Shown here one piece after another: positions 13,290 to 25,625 of a DNA stretch of 64,000 nucleotides (position 1 is the first letter of the stretch; each line of letters starts with the position of its first letter). Origin of the DNA: Lama glama (Eukaryota); contig CM052817.1 of NCBI GenBank assembly GCA_028534125.1, positions 56,794,001 through 56,858,000 of the forward strand, in the 5' to 3' direction. The translations under genes and the position numbers were made by a program. The notes beneath the pieces were generated by a model that was given only the letters and a program-made list of their open reading frames with translations, was not told the origin of the DNA and made no database searches.

Positions 13290-13862
13290 TACTCATATAT
13301 TTATCTGAAGATATTTATTGGATATCTACTAGGGGCCATAGATTGTATTAGATACTATGATTTGTTCTGGGTTGAACTGTGTTCCCGTCAAAATTCATTT
13401 GTTGAAGTCCTAACCCTCAGTACCTCAGAATGTAACTTTATTTGGAAATAGTTATTATAGAAGCAATTATTTATGATGAAGTCATTCTGGAGTAGAGTGG
13501 GCCCCTAATTCAATATAACTGGTATCCTTATAAAAAGGAGAAATTTGGACACACACAAATGGAGAACACTTGGTACAATTGAAAGCAGAGACTGGGGCAA
13601 TGCTTATACAAGCCAAGAACACCAAAGAGTTCCAGCTAACCACCACGGAAGAGGAGAGGCGTGGAACAGATTCTCCTTCACAGCCCTCAGAAGGAGCCAA
13701 CCCTGTTAACACTTTGATCAGACTTGTGATCTCCAGAACTGTGATACAACACATTTCTGTTATTTAAGCAACCCAGTTTGTGGTACTTTGTTACCTGAGC
13801 AAACTAATGCAGGATTGGAGCAGAGAATCCCCCACCCTCATGTTGCCTATATTCCAGTGACT
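13290..13862 (-). mobile_element. L2 tail fragment split by an MLT1C LTR
   Basis: atatttattggatatctactaggggccata...[LTR]...cccccaccctcatgttgcctatattccagtg. Confidence 0.55.
13363..13811 (+). mobile_element. MaLR solo LTR, MLT1C-like
   Basis: Starts TGTTCTGGGTTGAACTGTGTTCCC...GAAGTCCTAACCCTCAGTACCTCAGAATGT and ends GCAAACTAATGCA. 449 bp. TSD TGATT/GGATT (13358-13362, 13812-13816). Confidence 0.9.
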
Positions 13863-14023
13863 AGCAGTAAATCAGCATACTTTTCTGTGTCTCTCAACCT
13901 CAAATGAGGAAGTTTTAGTTTAATCAAAAAAAATGTGTAGATTTGTGGCTAAAAGAATAAAACAAAAATATGGCAATCCAAAAGAATCCATTTATTAGTC
14001 AAAAACATAATTAATCTGGGCTT

Positions 14024-17000
14024 TATGCTGGATTTTCTCTATCTAATCTTCCAGATGAATGAAGTCCCCACCCTTTTCTGTGCCTTGGTGCTGAACTTTG
14101 CAGACTGCATCAGTCAGTATCCTTTCCCCTTTGTTTTCCAGTTGCGTTCAACCAATATGAGGCACTGGAACGCGAGCAGGAATCAAGAGAGAGCCCAGTA
14201 GCTTCTCACTATTGGCCTGCAGTGTTAATAATGGCTAGAATCCTCTCCACTTGGTCATCAGTCTACTGTCTCCTCTCAATAAGTTCCCCAAACATTGCTC
14301 CCCACTTTTCCCCTTAAAACTAGGCTTGATAACAGCTAGTTCTTGGTAACTGTTCCATAATAATTGTTGCTAATTCCAGGGGGCTTTATCCTTTCTTGTT
14401 GTTGCCCTTAACCCTGACCTCACTTTGTAAATAATGTCAACTTTATACTTTGCTAATGAAGTCCTTGAATATGTCAACAATTTCTTTCCAGAACCTGATA
14501 CAAGAATTTTCCAGGAATATGCCAGGAAATAAACTCTAAAATCTGAATTTCAGCTTTGATGTCTCACATATTTGATGAGCACACAGATAATCTCTCTGCT
14601 AGGGGGCATCAGGACACTGGCACTTCATGGTTGCAGTGGCAACATGGTTACTCAAATTGTCACAGGTGGCAAGAGATGGAGTGCAATGCAAAGAGGCTTT
14701 GGGAGATCAATTTTCTGTGTCATTTAGCTGTTATGTTGACATAGTTGATGTAAAAAATTGGAGTATGTTTGCCATTTCTGACTGACACACAAACACACAC
14801 ACAAATTAACTCAAAGTCTGAAATTCTTTTTTAAAGTACAGAAAGCCACTATGAAGCTTTTCTCACATACCTGGAGTGCAGACATGACTGTGGATCAGAA
14901 CCAAAGCCTGATTGTAAGGGCTATAGCGATGCAGTGCCAGTTATATGTACAATTACTTCAGATCTCTCGTGCTAACTTTAAAGACACTATTTAGAAAGAA
15001 GTAAAACCCTGAAAATTGGGGTGAGGATTTTGGATCAGTATATCTGGGTCAGTATATTTGGGTCAGTATATCTCCACTTTCTGTGGAGAGCTGGAAGGAA
15101 AGGTGGATGACCTGATGTAAAATCTACATTAATCCATAGTCAGCAGATAAAAGGTTAGTTGTTGGACATGTTTAGGAAAAAAAAAAACAAGACTGGAAAA
15201 CAAGTGACAAGGGAATCTAGAAGACAGGATTGTGACTAAACATTTCAGAATGAGCACAGAGTGTGAAAATATTCATGGGCCACATAAATTTTCTCCAGTG
15301 AAGTGAAGGCACTCACCAGTCAAGTGAAAAAAAATTACCTATTGTGCAGATATAAGTCAGCTTCTATCCTTGGCCGCTAAATTGCTTGTTTAATGGGCCC
15401 ATTTACAAAGTGGCCATAGTGGCAGGGATGGAGGCTATGTGCAGGCTCAATAGCATAGACAACATAGACTTCCCTTCACTAAGACTGATCTGGTCACAAG
15501 GAATGCTGAGTATCCAAGATGCCAACAGCAGAAGCAAATGCTAGGCCCCCAATATGACCATTTCCAGTGGAGCTATCTATTTACCAGATGAAAGCTGAGT
15601 CCTTTAGAACCATTTTATCACAAAGGCTGTTCTCATGGGAATATACTCAGGTTCCAAAAATAGATTTTCTTTTGTCTGCAAAACTCTACCGATATTGCTA
15701 TGCAAGTACTAACTAAATGCCTTATTCATCACTTTAGTATCCTAAAAAAAATCACTTTTGCTGAGGGGACATATTTTACAGTGAAAGAAATATAGCAATG
15801 TGCCCCTCTGAACATGTTCTCTAGTCTTATCACATTCCCCAGAGATAAACTGGTGGATAAAGTGATGAATTAGTCACCAAAGGCTCAAGAAAGGCACTTG
15901 GTAAGTGAAGAAACCCTATTTGTTTGTAATGCTCTTTACATGATGTGGAATGTGCTTTAAGCTAGTAGACAATAAATACTTCCATCTCCTCTGTAGATAG
16001 AATGCTTGGGTCTGGGAAACTGGAGTGGATGTGGGAATAGATCTTCTTACTATTATACCCAATAGTGCACTAGAAGCAACCTCAGTGTGATTGGAAAAGT
16101 GGTGCTTCCACCAGGAAAGTATACAGTCATGATTCCACTGAAATAGAAACCGAGACTGACCTCAGGCTATATTGGGCTCCTCATTTTGATGAACTAACTG
16201 GCAAAGAAAAAGGCCTGAGTACTGGTTTGATTAACTAATTCAATTACCAAGGAGATATTTGATTGCTTTCAGCTAGTGGGACAAAGAGAACTTTGAAATC
16301 CAGGCAACTCGCTGTGGCATCTGTTAATACAGCCATTCTTTCACTAATTGCCAATGGGAAATTGTGGCAATATAATCTAGTTAGGGCCACTAGAGACTTG
16401 GGTTCTATAGGAGTGAAGATTTGGGTCATGCCAACAAGAAAAAACCACCAACTGATGTTGGCTGGAAATAAAGGGAACATAAAACTAGTGATCAAAGAAT
16501 GAAGCTATAATTCCAACAAGCCTTATAACCTAAGCATTATAATTTGTTACAGAAGTGGACACTATCATCAGCTATGTTTTATATTAATCATTATGTTTCT
16601 CCTTTCCATCCATTCCTGATATTGACACTCTATACGAAGGGCACTGATGATCTTCAGTAACATTACCAACTAAAGTTCCTGATGAAATTCTTGCTATGTT
16701 GACATATTCCAAAGGTGATAATGTAATTAATAAGATTTTATGTTTCCTCTATGTTTGAGGATCCTTTTTTCCCTTGCATCTCAGATTTGTGTATCTAAAT
16801 GAAGAATGGGAATGATTGCTAATTGGTGGGGGGAGGATGAACTGTGCTGAATAGTCTGCATTTGCTTTTACACTTCTGGATCTATTATTTGCCCTGATCT
16901 TTAGCTCAGAACCATATCACTTGGTAGCTCATCTTCTGGCACCTTGTTGGTTTCAATTAATAGGAGGTACTACCAGGAGAAAAGGGGTAAGAGGACAAAG

Positions 17001-17335
17001 TTATTAGGTACTGATTTCTTCCACATTTCAGCTCCCTTCCTCTCAACCCATGATTTTGACAGTGGCTGTGTTCCCCTATGTGTGTCCACTACTATTGGGC
17101 AGCCCATCTCCCACAGCCACAGCCATCACTGGGCTCTGATGGGTATCACTTGCTATCCTTATCCCATAAGGCTTCGGAGTAGTCATGGCTTTCCATTGTT
17201 GAGGGTCACCGAATGCTTCACCATCGCTTTTTGCTTCTCTTAATTCTGCCTACGTCTCCATAATTAGTCCTTTCCTTTAATTTACATCAGTTAACACTTT
17301 GTGCCTTCTGTATTCTACTAGCATTCTGACCAAAT
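14024..17335 (+). mobile_element. Internally deleted ERVL provirus with two LTR33-like LTRs (~14024-14502 and ~16843-17335)
   Basis: Both ends resemble LTR33 (ccaat..gaggcac, ccttaaccctg..ctttgtaaata, ctgataca at 14502). Internal remnants: gag 5' part; RNase H ~15075-15300; integrase zinc finger WAHLQSGHSGRDGGY (15394-15438) and EYPRCQQQ (15508-15531); dUTPase MIPLK*KPRLTSGYIGLL (16129-16182). Purine-rich tract ggtgggggggaggatgaac immediately before the 3' LTR. Confidence 0.85.
15031..15072 (+). repeat. 3 x 14-bp tandem repeat TGG(A/G)TCAGTATAT(C/T)
   Basis: tggatcagtatatc tgggtcagtatatt tgggtcagtatatc. Confidence 0.9.
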
Positions 17336-17946
17336 TTATGGTTGATAAATGTCTTTTGTGATCCCCTAATGCAGATTAAACTTACTTGTCCAGGAATAGA
17401 AACTTTTTTTTAAGGTGCTATATAATAGATTTATTTAATTTTTGAATTATCTTCTGTTTTTTTCAATTTAGAGAGTCATTTTTCCCTTTTTCAGTTTTAT
17501 TATGTAGAATTATTACAGTTTGACTGCACATACATATTATATTGCATGCAAATACATATTTACAGTAAACTATCTCTTTTTTTTTAAAATCTAGATTCCA
17601 CCAGACACTACTGTGAAATATGTTTGTTTGACCAGCAGTGATGGGAGAGCTAAAAGATTTGGAAGGAGAAGATATATTCCCTGAGAACAGAAGATTTAAG
17701 GGTAGCAATATTCTCACTATTATGCTCTAGTTGCTATATTCATACCAAACTAATTGCATTAAAAATCTTCCTGCAATATGCTGAAGTAGGATGAACTGGT
17801 GAAAATAACATAATTACAAAGTTAACAAAATCTGGTACACTGAAATAAATAACAAGGAATCTTCTCATTTATATCTTTAAAAACCTATTAGACTTTTTAA
17901 ACCAAGGTAACAGCTATCAGCTAGTTAGTTGGCTAGCTGATATATT

Positions 17947-17967
17947 TTGTTGTTGTTGTTGTTGTTG
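17947..17967 (+). repeat. (TTG)7 microsatellite
   Basis: Direct read. Confidence 0.85.
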
Positions 17968-19199
17968 ATTACTATGCTACTTTAGAACAGTGGGAATGAC
18001 CTATTTTATGAAGACTAAGCTATTGTTGAGTTTTGTCCTTTAAGTACCTATGCAACTTATTTAAAATATTAACTGAAATCCTGTCTGGTTTTTTTTTCCT
18101 TTTACTTTCTTTGGAAAGAAGAATGTGAAAAAGAAACCTTCAGAATATTATATAGAATCAATGACCACCACATGTCAACTCTTACTGGCCTTTGCCATTG
18201 CCTTTGCCACCTACTCAATGTTTTTATTGATAAACAAGAGTTTTATGATTCACATTTAACCTCCCTCCCAGTTTTGCTCTTTGGAGGCTAAATGCAATAC
18301 TGTTGAAACATACTCTATGAATTTAATAAGAAAATGATCGATTTTAATGCTACCTCAGGAGGAAAAAGTGTAATGTTCAACACTATAGTAAAAAATAGGA
18401 GGCAGATTTTGGTAGCTGTTCGTTGAAATTGAGAAAGGCTCCTATTTCTTCCTATATTCCAGACCAAGTCACTATAGCAAACTTGTCGGCTTTAGCCAAC
18501 TTGTGTTTTTATGTATCAGCAAAGATGTGCTTCAAAGAAAACTCCCTTTTGAAATGTGTGATAAAAGACTGCTCAGAGCAAACTGAATCCATCATCAAAT
18601 AACGTGTATTTTCTTTTTTTAAAAATGGGAAAAGAAAACACAGCTCTTACTTGCAATACATTTTTAATAGTATTTTGAGTAGCTTTATTATTATTTTTTT
18701 CTGTGAGAGTACATCAGATTCAGACATGCTCTAAAAGAAAAATCTTCTGTCTAAATAATACGTAGTTAGTAATTTATTTTAAATGGAATATTGGAACATT
18801 AAAGTCAGTGAGTATGTATCAAGGGGTCTTTCTTAAAAAAACTCCTAAGAATCAAAACCCATAGCTATTATTTTTTAGTGTTTCTATGGCCAGGAATTAC
18901 TCATAATGCAAATTTTAGTTTCTACTGTGGACCATAGACCCTACCCCCAAATTCCATTCACCATTCCTCAATCTACCCATTCCTACCTTTACCTGTTTTG
19001 TTCACCCCTCTTAGATTCTGGTTCTATTCAGTCCAAACCAATAGCATATGCATATGCATGTCATATGCCAGTATCTGAACTGATAAGTGGGTCATCCCGG
19101 CACTAACTAGTGCTGAAAACAAAGCAGCATGTCCTCAAACAGTGAATGAATGCATGAATGGATAAACAAATAACACATTATAGATTGAACTAGAAATTC

Positions 19200-20690
19200 A
19201 AACCCTATAAAAATGAATATTGATAAATTAACACTTGAAGCCAATGTAGAAAAATATCTTTTGATTCTGAATTTGTGATTATGTATAGAAAATTAAGTAG
19301 GGCTTGACAGGAAACAACTCATGCATTTAAGAGAAAGAATAATTTTACTACCCAATGGCTCCAAAATTATAAATGTTTGTCTTATTTTATTGAAGAATAT
19401 AAAATCACAAATACTGCAATTGATACCAGATATGAACAAAATTATAATAAAATTGTGTTCACAAAGAAAGTAATGGAACAGAATATAAAATCCAGAAGTA
19501 GACCTACACATACATGTTCACCTGATTTACAACAAAATACTACTGCAATTCAGAATAAAGAGCAGTCTTTTGAATAACTGTGCTGGTCCAGTAAATAGCC
19601 ATAAAGGAAAAAATAAAATTGACCCTTACCTCACACCATATGCAAAAGTAATTTGAGACAGATCATAATCCTAAATGAGAAAAATAAAACAAAAAGCTTC
19701 TAGATGAAAAGATTAAAAAAAATCTTTTTGACCATAGATAGGCATAATTTCTTAAACAGGCTGCAAAACCACTAACTATAAAAGAAAAAATGTTGAATTA
19801 AAAAATTCTGTCATCAAAAATACAACAAGAGAATGAAATGGCAAGCTACAGACTGAGAAAAGATATTCCCACTATTTAGGTGTAGCAAAAGACTTAAACT
19901 CAGAATCCTACAATCTAATTTTTTAAGTGACCAAAACTTGAAAGGAAACATCACTAGAAATGAAAATAAGCATATGAGAAGATATTCAGCATCATTAGTC
20001 ATCACAGAAATGTAAACTGAAATCACAATGAGACATAACATCCCCACAGGAATGGCTATATTTTCACATAGATATATATTTTTAATTTTATTCACAATAC
20101 CAGCACTGACTGATATCAAGGAATACTAATACATTTCTGATGGGGCTGTAAATTGGTACATATACTTTGGAAACCCGTTTGACAGTATCTGTTATAATCA
20201 CTCACATATAAACACACATCCTATAACTGCAGATTTAAATATAGCTCAAGAAGAAATGAGTGTTTTTGACAGTGGAATGACATATACAAAACTTATGAAT
20301 GTTCATGGCAGTGTTATTTACAAAAATCAAAAGCTGGAAACAATCCAAATGCCCAACAATTGTAGAATGAACAAATGAAAACTGTCAACAGGAATGGGAA
20401 AAAAATGAACTGTTGCTACAGACAAAAGCATGGATATATCTCACACCAGTAAGATTGAACTAAAGAAGCCGGAAACAAGCACATATACTATGTTTAATTA
20501 ATGTGAAGTTCAAAGTAGGAAAAGCTAATCTATGATGCTAGAGATTAAAATCACAGTTATCCTATAGTGTATACCAACTGAGAGCAAGCATGAAGGTACA
20601 TACCAGGTGGTGAAAATATATACTTTGATCTGAGTGGTGGTTTACTTGGATATATATACGTGTATAGAAATGTAACTATTTACAGCTTTA
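19200..20690 (+). mobile_element. Old L1 (L1MC/L1ME-like) 3' part of ORF2 and 3' UTR
   Basis: atggaacagaatataaaatccagaagtagacctacacatac; ttgacccttacctcacaccatatgcaaaa; agatattcagcatcattagtcatcacagaaatg; 3' UTR aaagctaatctatgatgctagag...ttgatctgagtggtggtt. Confidence 0.85.
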
Positions 20691-20729
20691 CGATATGGCA
20701 GATTTGATTAACAGATGATAGACCAGAAC

Positions 20730-20918
20730 TGACATTTACTGAGTTCTGATGATATATGTGGGTTATTTCATTTAATTCTCACAACCATTTTAAAGGATAT
20801 GTTATTATTTCTCCTTTACAGATGATAAACTGGATATTTAAACAGGTTAAATAATATAGCTAAGTCACATAAGTGGCATTCAAATTCAGATCTCTGGGAT
20901 TCCAAAATCCATAGCTTT
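20730..20918 (-). mobile_element. MIR SINE
   Basis: ttcatttaattctcacaacc...attatttctcctttacagatgataaactgg...aggttaaataa...attcaaattcagatct. Confidence 0.8.
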
Positions 20919-22609
20919 AAAAACAAAACAAAACAAAAAACTATTCTGTTTCATCCACTTATCTTCTTAAAGTGCATCATAGTGATGGGTTTATGAAAAG
21001 TCTAATCCTCATAGTTACAATTATACTTTAGAGACTTAATATAGGGACTCTGAGATGTGGTAATTTTTAAACTTACTGAGACATGAATTTGAGTATCAAG
21101 TCACTTAGAGACTGAGTCTGACTCAACCTATGATTCGTAACACTGCATTGCCAATCTCTACCTATCAATGCAAATGCAATAGCCCTTATGAAATAGTCAT
21201 TAAATAAATATTCATTATGTGTCTTCTATTTTCCAGGTACTGTTCTAGGTCTCAAATAATTTATGCTACATCATGTATAAAAAGTTCACAATAATAGTCA
21301 TTAAACATTTGTTGATGTAGTCTTAGTAAATGTCAAGTGTTTACTAAGAATATTTCTCCTTCCTTGTCTTACTATGAAATTATAGATACAGTCAGAAAGA
21401 AAAATAAAGGCCTTTAAATAAACTGTCTTTAAATAAACTTATTAAAATGTCAGCCATTACCTAGGCACACTGGGCCCTTTATTTCTCCAGAACCAGAAAG
21501 GCTCAAATATTCTGGGATATTCGCGTTTCCTTTTCTTCCCTTTCCCATCTTTAGGGACTCCTGTTAAACGTTCTTTCAAATAAAACATTTCTATTCATAT
21601 GCAAATAAACCAAAACTCATTTCCTAAGACTTTGCAACTCTCCATCTCTTTTTATATACAATAGCTATTAAAATTATCACACCTTATCAACTAGTGCCTT
21701 CATTGAACTCAAAAAGGTATACTGAAAATACGTTTATCAGTATTACAGTTCAAAAGTTTACATGAGTAAACTGAGGGTGAATCGAGGGTGAAGAACATAA
21801 AGAGGGAGGAACTGTGGTGAAAATCCAAAATAGGCCTATTTATCCACAAATAATGTTGCTTTAGAATGTGATAAGTTCATTTCCCCTTTTCCATGCCTTA
21901 AATGAGTGTTCTATTTACGAAAATTAATCAAAATGTCTCAGATATTAATTTTAAATACAGGAAAATAATCCTATAGTTTAAATTTCTTTATGCTATGAAT
22001 AAAATCAGTAAAAATGTGCAATTTTTAGGCATAACCTACTGATATTCTTAAGAAAATACTTTTAAAAAATTGACATATTAACAATAGATTTAGATAAATT
22101 ATCCCGATAACTTACCCTACTTGCATCTAGACTCCATTCCTAGTACAGGAACTAATATTCTCATATCTTAACAGTCTTTGGAATATGTAAAATTACGATA
22201 AATCCTTATAGCACCAGAAACAAACGGTCATCGGGGAAAAATATTTTAAATGGTTCGCTGATCCAATTAGTCATCATGAGAAATAGTAATAAGTTGAACA
22301 TTATTTATTTTACAGTTTAATATTATTGTCATTATGTATCACCTATGGAATATGTACCATGATATAATAGGTATATAATACTGTAGAATAGGTGTACAAA
22401 CCCTTCACTCTTTTCCTATGATTATTACCCAGATCTAATTTGGTTTGGGTTTCAAAAACACTTCTTGGTTCTCATAATTCCTAAGAACACTATTTCATGG
22501 TTTGGCCAAGATAGGAAATGACATTTTTAATTCCTAGCCATGCTTCTTGTAGTCCATCCAAACAAGGTTATTTGCTATTTCCTATTATTTCATGGTTTTA
22601 TGATAAAAG

Positions 22610-22765
22610 CAAGACTTAGGGAATCAGACTATCCAACTCAAGTCTTGCCTCATCCTCTTCTTGTTCTGTATTTTGGTCAAATTACAGCTATTCCAAATCT
22701 TATTTTCTGATCCAAAAATGAGAATAATGGCTCCTTCACATTTTAGTGTAGTAGGATTACAAACT
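22610..22765 (+). mobile_element. MIR SINE fragment
   Basis: gacttagggaatcagac...ttttggtcaaattac..ttattttctgatccaaaaatgagaataatgg. Confidence 0.55.
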
Positions 22766-23025
22766 GAACTCATATAACTCAGATTCGCAGAGAAAATGAA
22801 ACTTCTTTACTTCTGTCTACCGCAAATGTAGTTTTTCTCCTAAACCTGAACCAATTGTAACATGGAAAATAAGTAAGTGTTAAAGATTTTCTTTGGATTA
22901 AATTCAGACTCTCAGGAAAAAGTGCTAGGTCTCTCAGATGCCTCAGTCTTCCATGCCCCTTCTCAGGTCCTTTTCACGGTAGCTTCTGAGTATATGGAAA
23001 GAAAGATACGGCTTAAGCAACCTCA

Positions 23026-23680
23026 TGTTAGAGACTGACTCAGAATTGTTAGGCTTTCCTGGTCTCCAGGACCTTAGTTCACCTGATGGCACCCAATACT
23101 GATACAGCTCATAATCTGGTCTTGAACTAGTAGAGCTTGCTGGTACACTCTGGCTAATTAAACCTCATCTCTGACCCTCCCAGTACTTTAAACTCCTCTG
23201 AGATCTTACTATGACTCATATGAACTTGGTTCCCTGGTTAGAAAAACTTACAAATGAGTCACTTTGCCCCTGCTACAATTTTCCCTCTGGAAACTTACCA
23301 GGAAGCACCTTGGCAACATCTTGTTTGGTATATGGCATTCGAGAACCCAGGGCATCACAACTGGCTATGTAGCGGATTAGTACAGGATAGTCTGCAAGGA
23401 ATGCTCTTTCCCAAGATCTCAATGAGGACCATTGGAAAAAGCCCCATTCACCCCTAATCAGTGCTATTTTACTTACTAAAACATTTCTGCCTTCCCTTTT
23501 CTCTTTCTTCAGATGCCCACCAAATTAGCATGAAAGATTTTATTTTTCTTCCTCCATATCAAATGTTCCATCCTCTATAAGAGTAAATCTTATAGTCTGG
23601 CTAGTCTAGGAGAAAGATCATCTTCACTACCTTATGGAAAAAATTTGATTTAAATCCTTCTAGTTCTTGAGGTGTTCAAT
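23026..23680 (+). mobile_element. Probable ancient LTR-like element (family unresolved, possibly LTR78-like)
   Basis: Begins TGTTAGAGACTGACTCAGAATTGTTAGGCTTTCCTGGTCTCCAGGACCTTAG, with a GC step-up relative to the flanks and AGTAAA near the end. No clear TSD. Confidence 0.35.
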
Positions 23681-23884
23681 GGGTGATAAATGAATCTGGA
23701 AATTCCAATTGTTTTCAAAAAATACTGCCTTTGCTGCAAAATCATTTTTTTGCACATTCAAAGTTAAAACTTGCCTCGGTTCTCCACTTTTCATTTCATG
23801 ACAAGTCTCACTCCAGGTATCTGAAACCCCACCTAAGCCAGAACTGAGGTCATGTGTTTAAAAACACAAAAAGGAAATGAACAT

Positions 23885-24480
23885 TCAGAATTACCCAAAT
23901 ACACCTTATTTCTATCTTCATAGACTTGTCATCAAGATTCTGCTAGTTAAAATGGATTTCTATTTCTGCATTTTAATATTCCAAACTCCTTTCAGGTTCC
24001 TTCCCAAATATTAGCTCTTTCAAAATCCTTATAAGTAGAGGCAATCTCTATTATTGTCAATATCTCTTCACATTTTTTTTCTGTTTTGCTTTTATAGTAT
24101 TTATCACTCTCTCTCTTAAATTATTATAACAGTTTATATCTGTATTTTTCTCTCTTGCTAGATTCTATGTTCCTTATAGGTACAAGCTATATATTGGAAA
24201 CAGTGTGACATAACTGGAAGACATGTCTAGATCCTTTAGGATATTGGGCAAGTCACTTAAAAATTCTGTATACACAAGGTCATTTTATCTGTAAATTAAT
24301 AATAATAATAGTATTGTAGACTTGCATAATTACTGTAAAAATATCAGTATTACATGTGAAAAGTTCCCTGCACAGTGTCAATTTGTGCTCAACAAACAAT
24401 AATGCAATTAATTAATTAGAATATAGCATTCTTTTTAGAATAGCCCACTCCACAGAGCAGATACTCAATTTTTGTTCTGT
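23885..24480 (+). mobile_element. L2 3' fragment with a MIR (~24198-24400) inserted
   Basis: L2: ttcctttcaggttcc..aaatattagctctt..tctctcttgctagattctatgttcctt. MIR: ttgggcaagtcacttaaaaattctgt..ttttatctgtaaa. Confidence 0.55.
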
Positions 24481-24769
24481 TAATATCCAGGAATGATTCT
24501 CAACTTTGAAGAAAACCTTCTGATATTGAGAATGCAATATAAGGAATCATGATGGGTGATAAAATTAATATCATTATTTATATTAAAAACAATTTAATTT
24601 GAAGAATCCAAAGAACAGCAACTAAAAATATATATATACCTTTATATGGGACTTCATAAGTATGCACTTTCTTTCTTGTTTCAAAAGTCCAATTATTACT
24701 GCCAGCAAGGCGGCAAAAATGAAATCTTACTCTGTATACTACTTTCCACAGAGCTTTTGTCAATGCAGT

Positions 24770-24890
24770 ATTATTAGGAGAAGTAGTTCAGATTAAAAAA
24801 TCTGAAGTTCAGAGGGGTTGGGGCACTTGCCCAAGGTCAGTTACTGACTAGTCAGTAATGTGAACAGGTTAAGAATCAACTCCTCCCAAT
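24770..24890 (-). mobile_element. MIR fragment
   Basis: cagattaaaaaatctgaagttcagaggggttgggcacttgcccaaggtca. Confidence 0.6.
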
Positions 24891-25343
24891 TTCCTGCCTC
24901 ATTTCTTCTCTCATCGATCAGCAACAACAAACCTGAGAAGCTAATATTTTGCTAATGAGAATGCCATTCTGTTTTAGTTAGACTTTTTGAAAACATGTTT
25001 TTCTATTTCTGTCACTTACTAGTAATAACGATAACAGCAACATTGCCTATTTATGATGCAGGTCTTACTAGAAATAAATTTCCTGCTGTTCTGGGAATCT
25101 GGCTGTGTGCCTAAACTATCAATAACTGTCGATCCACCAATCCATTTGTTACCCTCACAAAAGAGATTAAGCTCTTGTCATCTGAGAACATATCTTGGCG
25201 TCAAGAATACCTAGATTTTAGTCACTAAGGCCTATTCACTCTTTAATGCCTCAAGCCAGTCATCTACTTCTCTTCTCCTGCCCAAATGTTTACTTCTGCA
25301 ACATTACACAAGGCTAATAGTTGCATTACTATTATACTGTACC

Positions 25344-25454
25344 AAAAAGAAGAAGAAAAAAAAAGGAAGGAAAGAAAGAAAGAAACAATCAAAGAAACAA
25401 AGAAATAAAGAAGGAAGGAAAGAAGAAGGAAAGGAAAAGAAAGGAAGAAAAAAA
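25344..25454 (+). repeat. Polypurine (GAAA/GGAA) low-complexity tract
   Basis: 111 bp, almost entirely A/G. Confidence 0.9.
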
Positions 25455-25511
25455 TATTTGAAATACCATTCAGAGGTGATTAAATGCCTTGCTGGAGAGC
25501 TGGAGATGGTG

Positions 25512-25625
25512 TTTTCTCTTTCGCTTTCTCCTTTTTCTCTCTCTGCTTCCCTCCCTTTCTCCTTCCCTTCATTCTTTCCTCCTGTCCTTCCTTCCTTTCT
25601 TTTTTTTTCTGATTTCTCTCTCTTC
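25512..25625 (+). repeat. Polypyrimidine (CTTT/CCTT) tract; a second one lies at 25744-25793
   Basis: 114 bp, almost entirely C/T. Confidence 0.9.

Noticed and set aside
16244..17243. ORFs at 16263-16502 and 16944-17243 as a domesticated ERV gene or env
   Set aside because: They are short, surrounded by stops and frameshifts, and the second lies within the 3' LTR. ERVL lacks env.
21920..22340. AT-rich segment with a few CpGs as a DNA transposon
   Set aside because: No TIRs, TSD or family match that I could establish.
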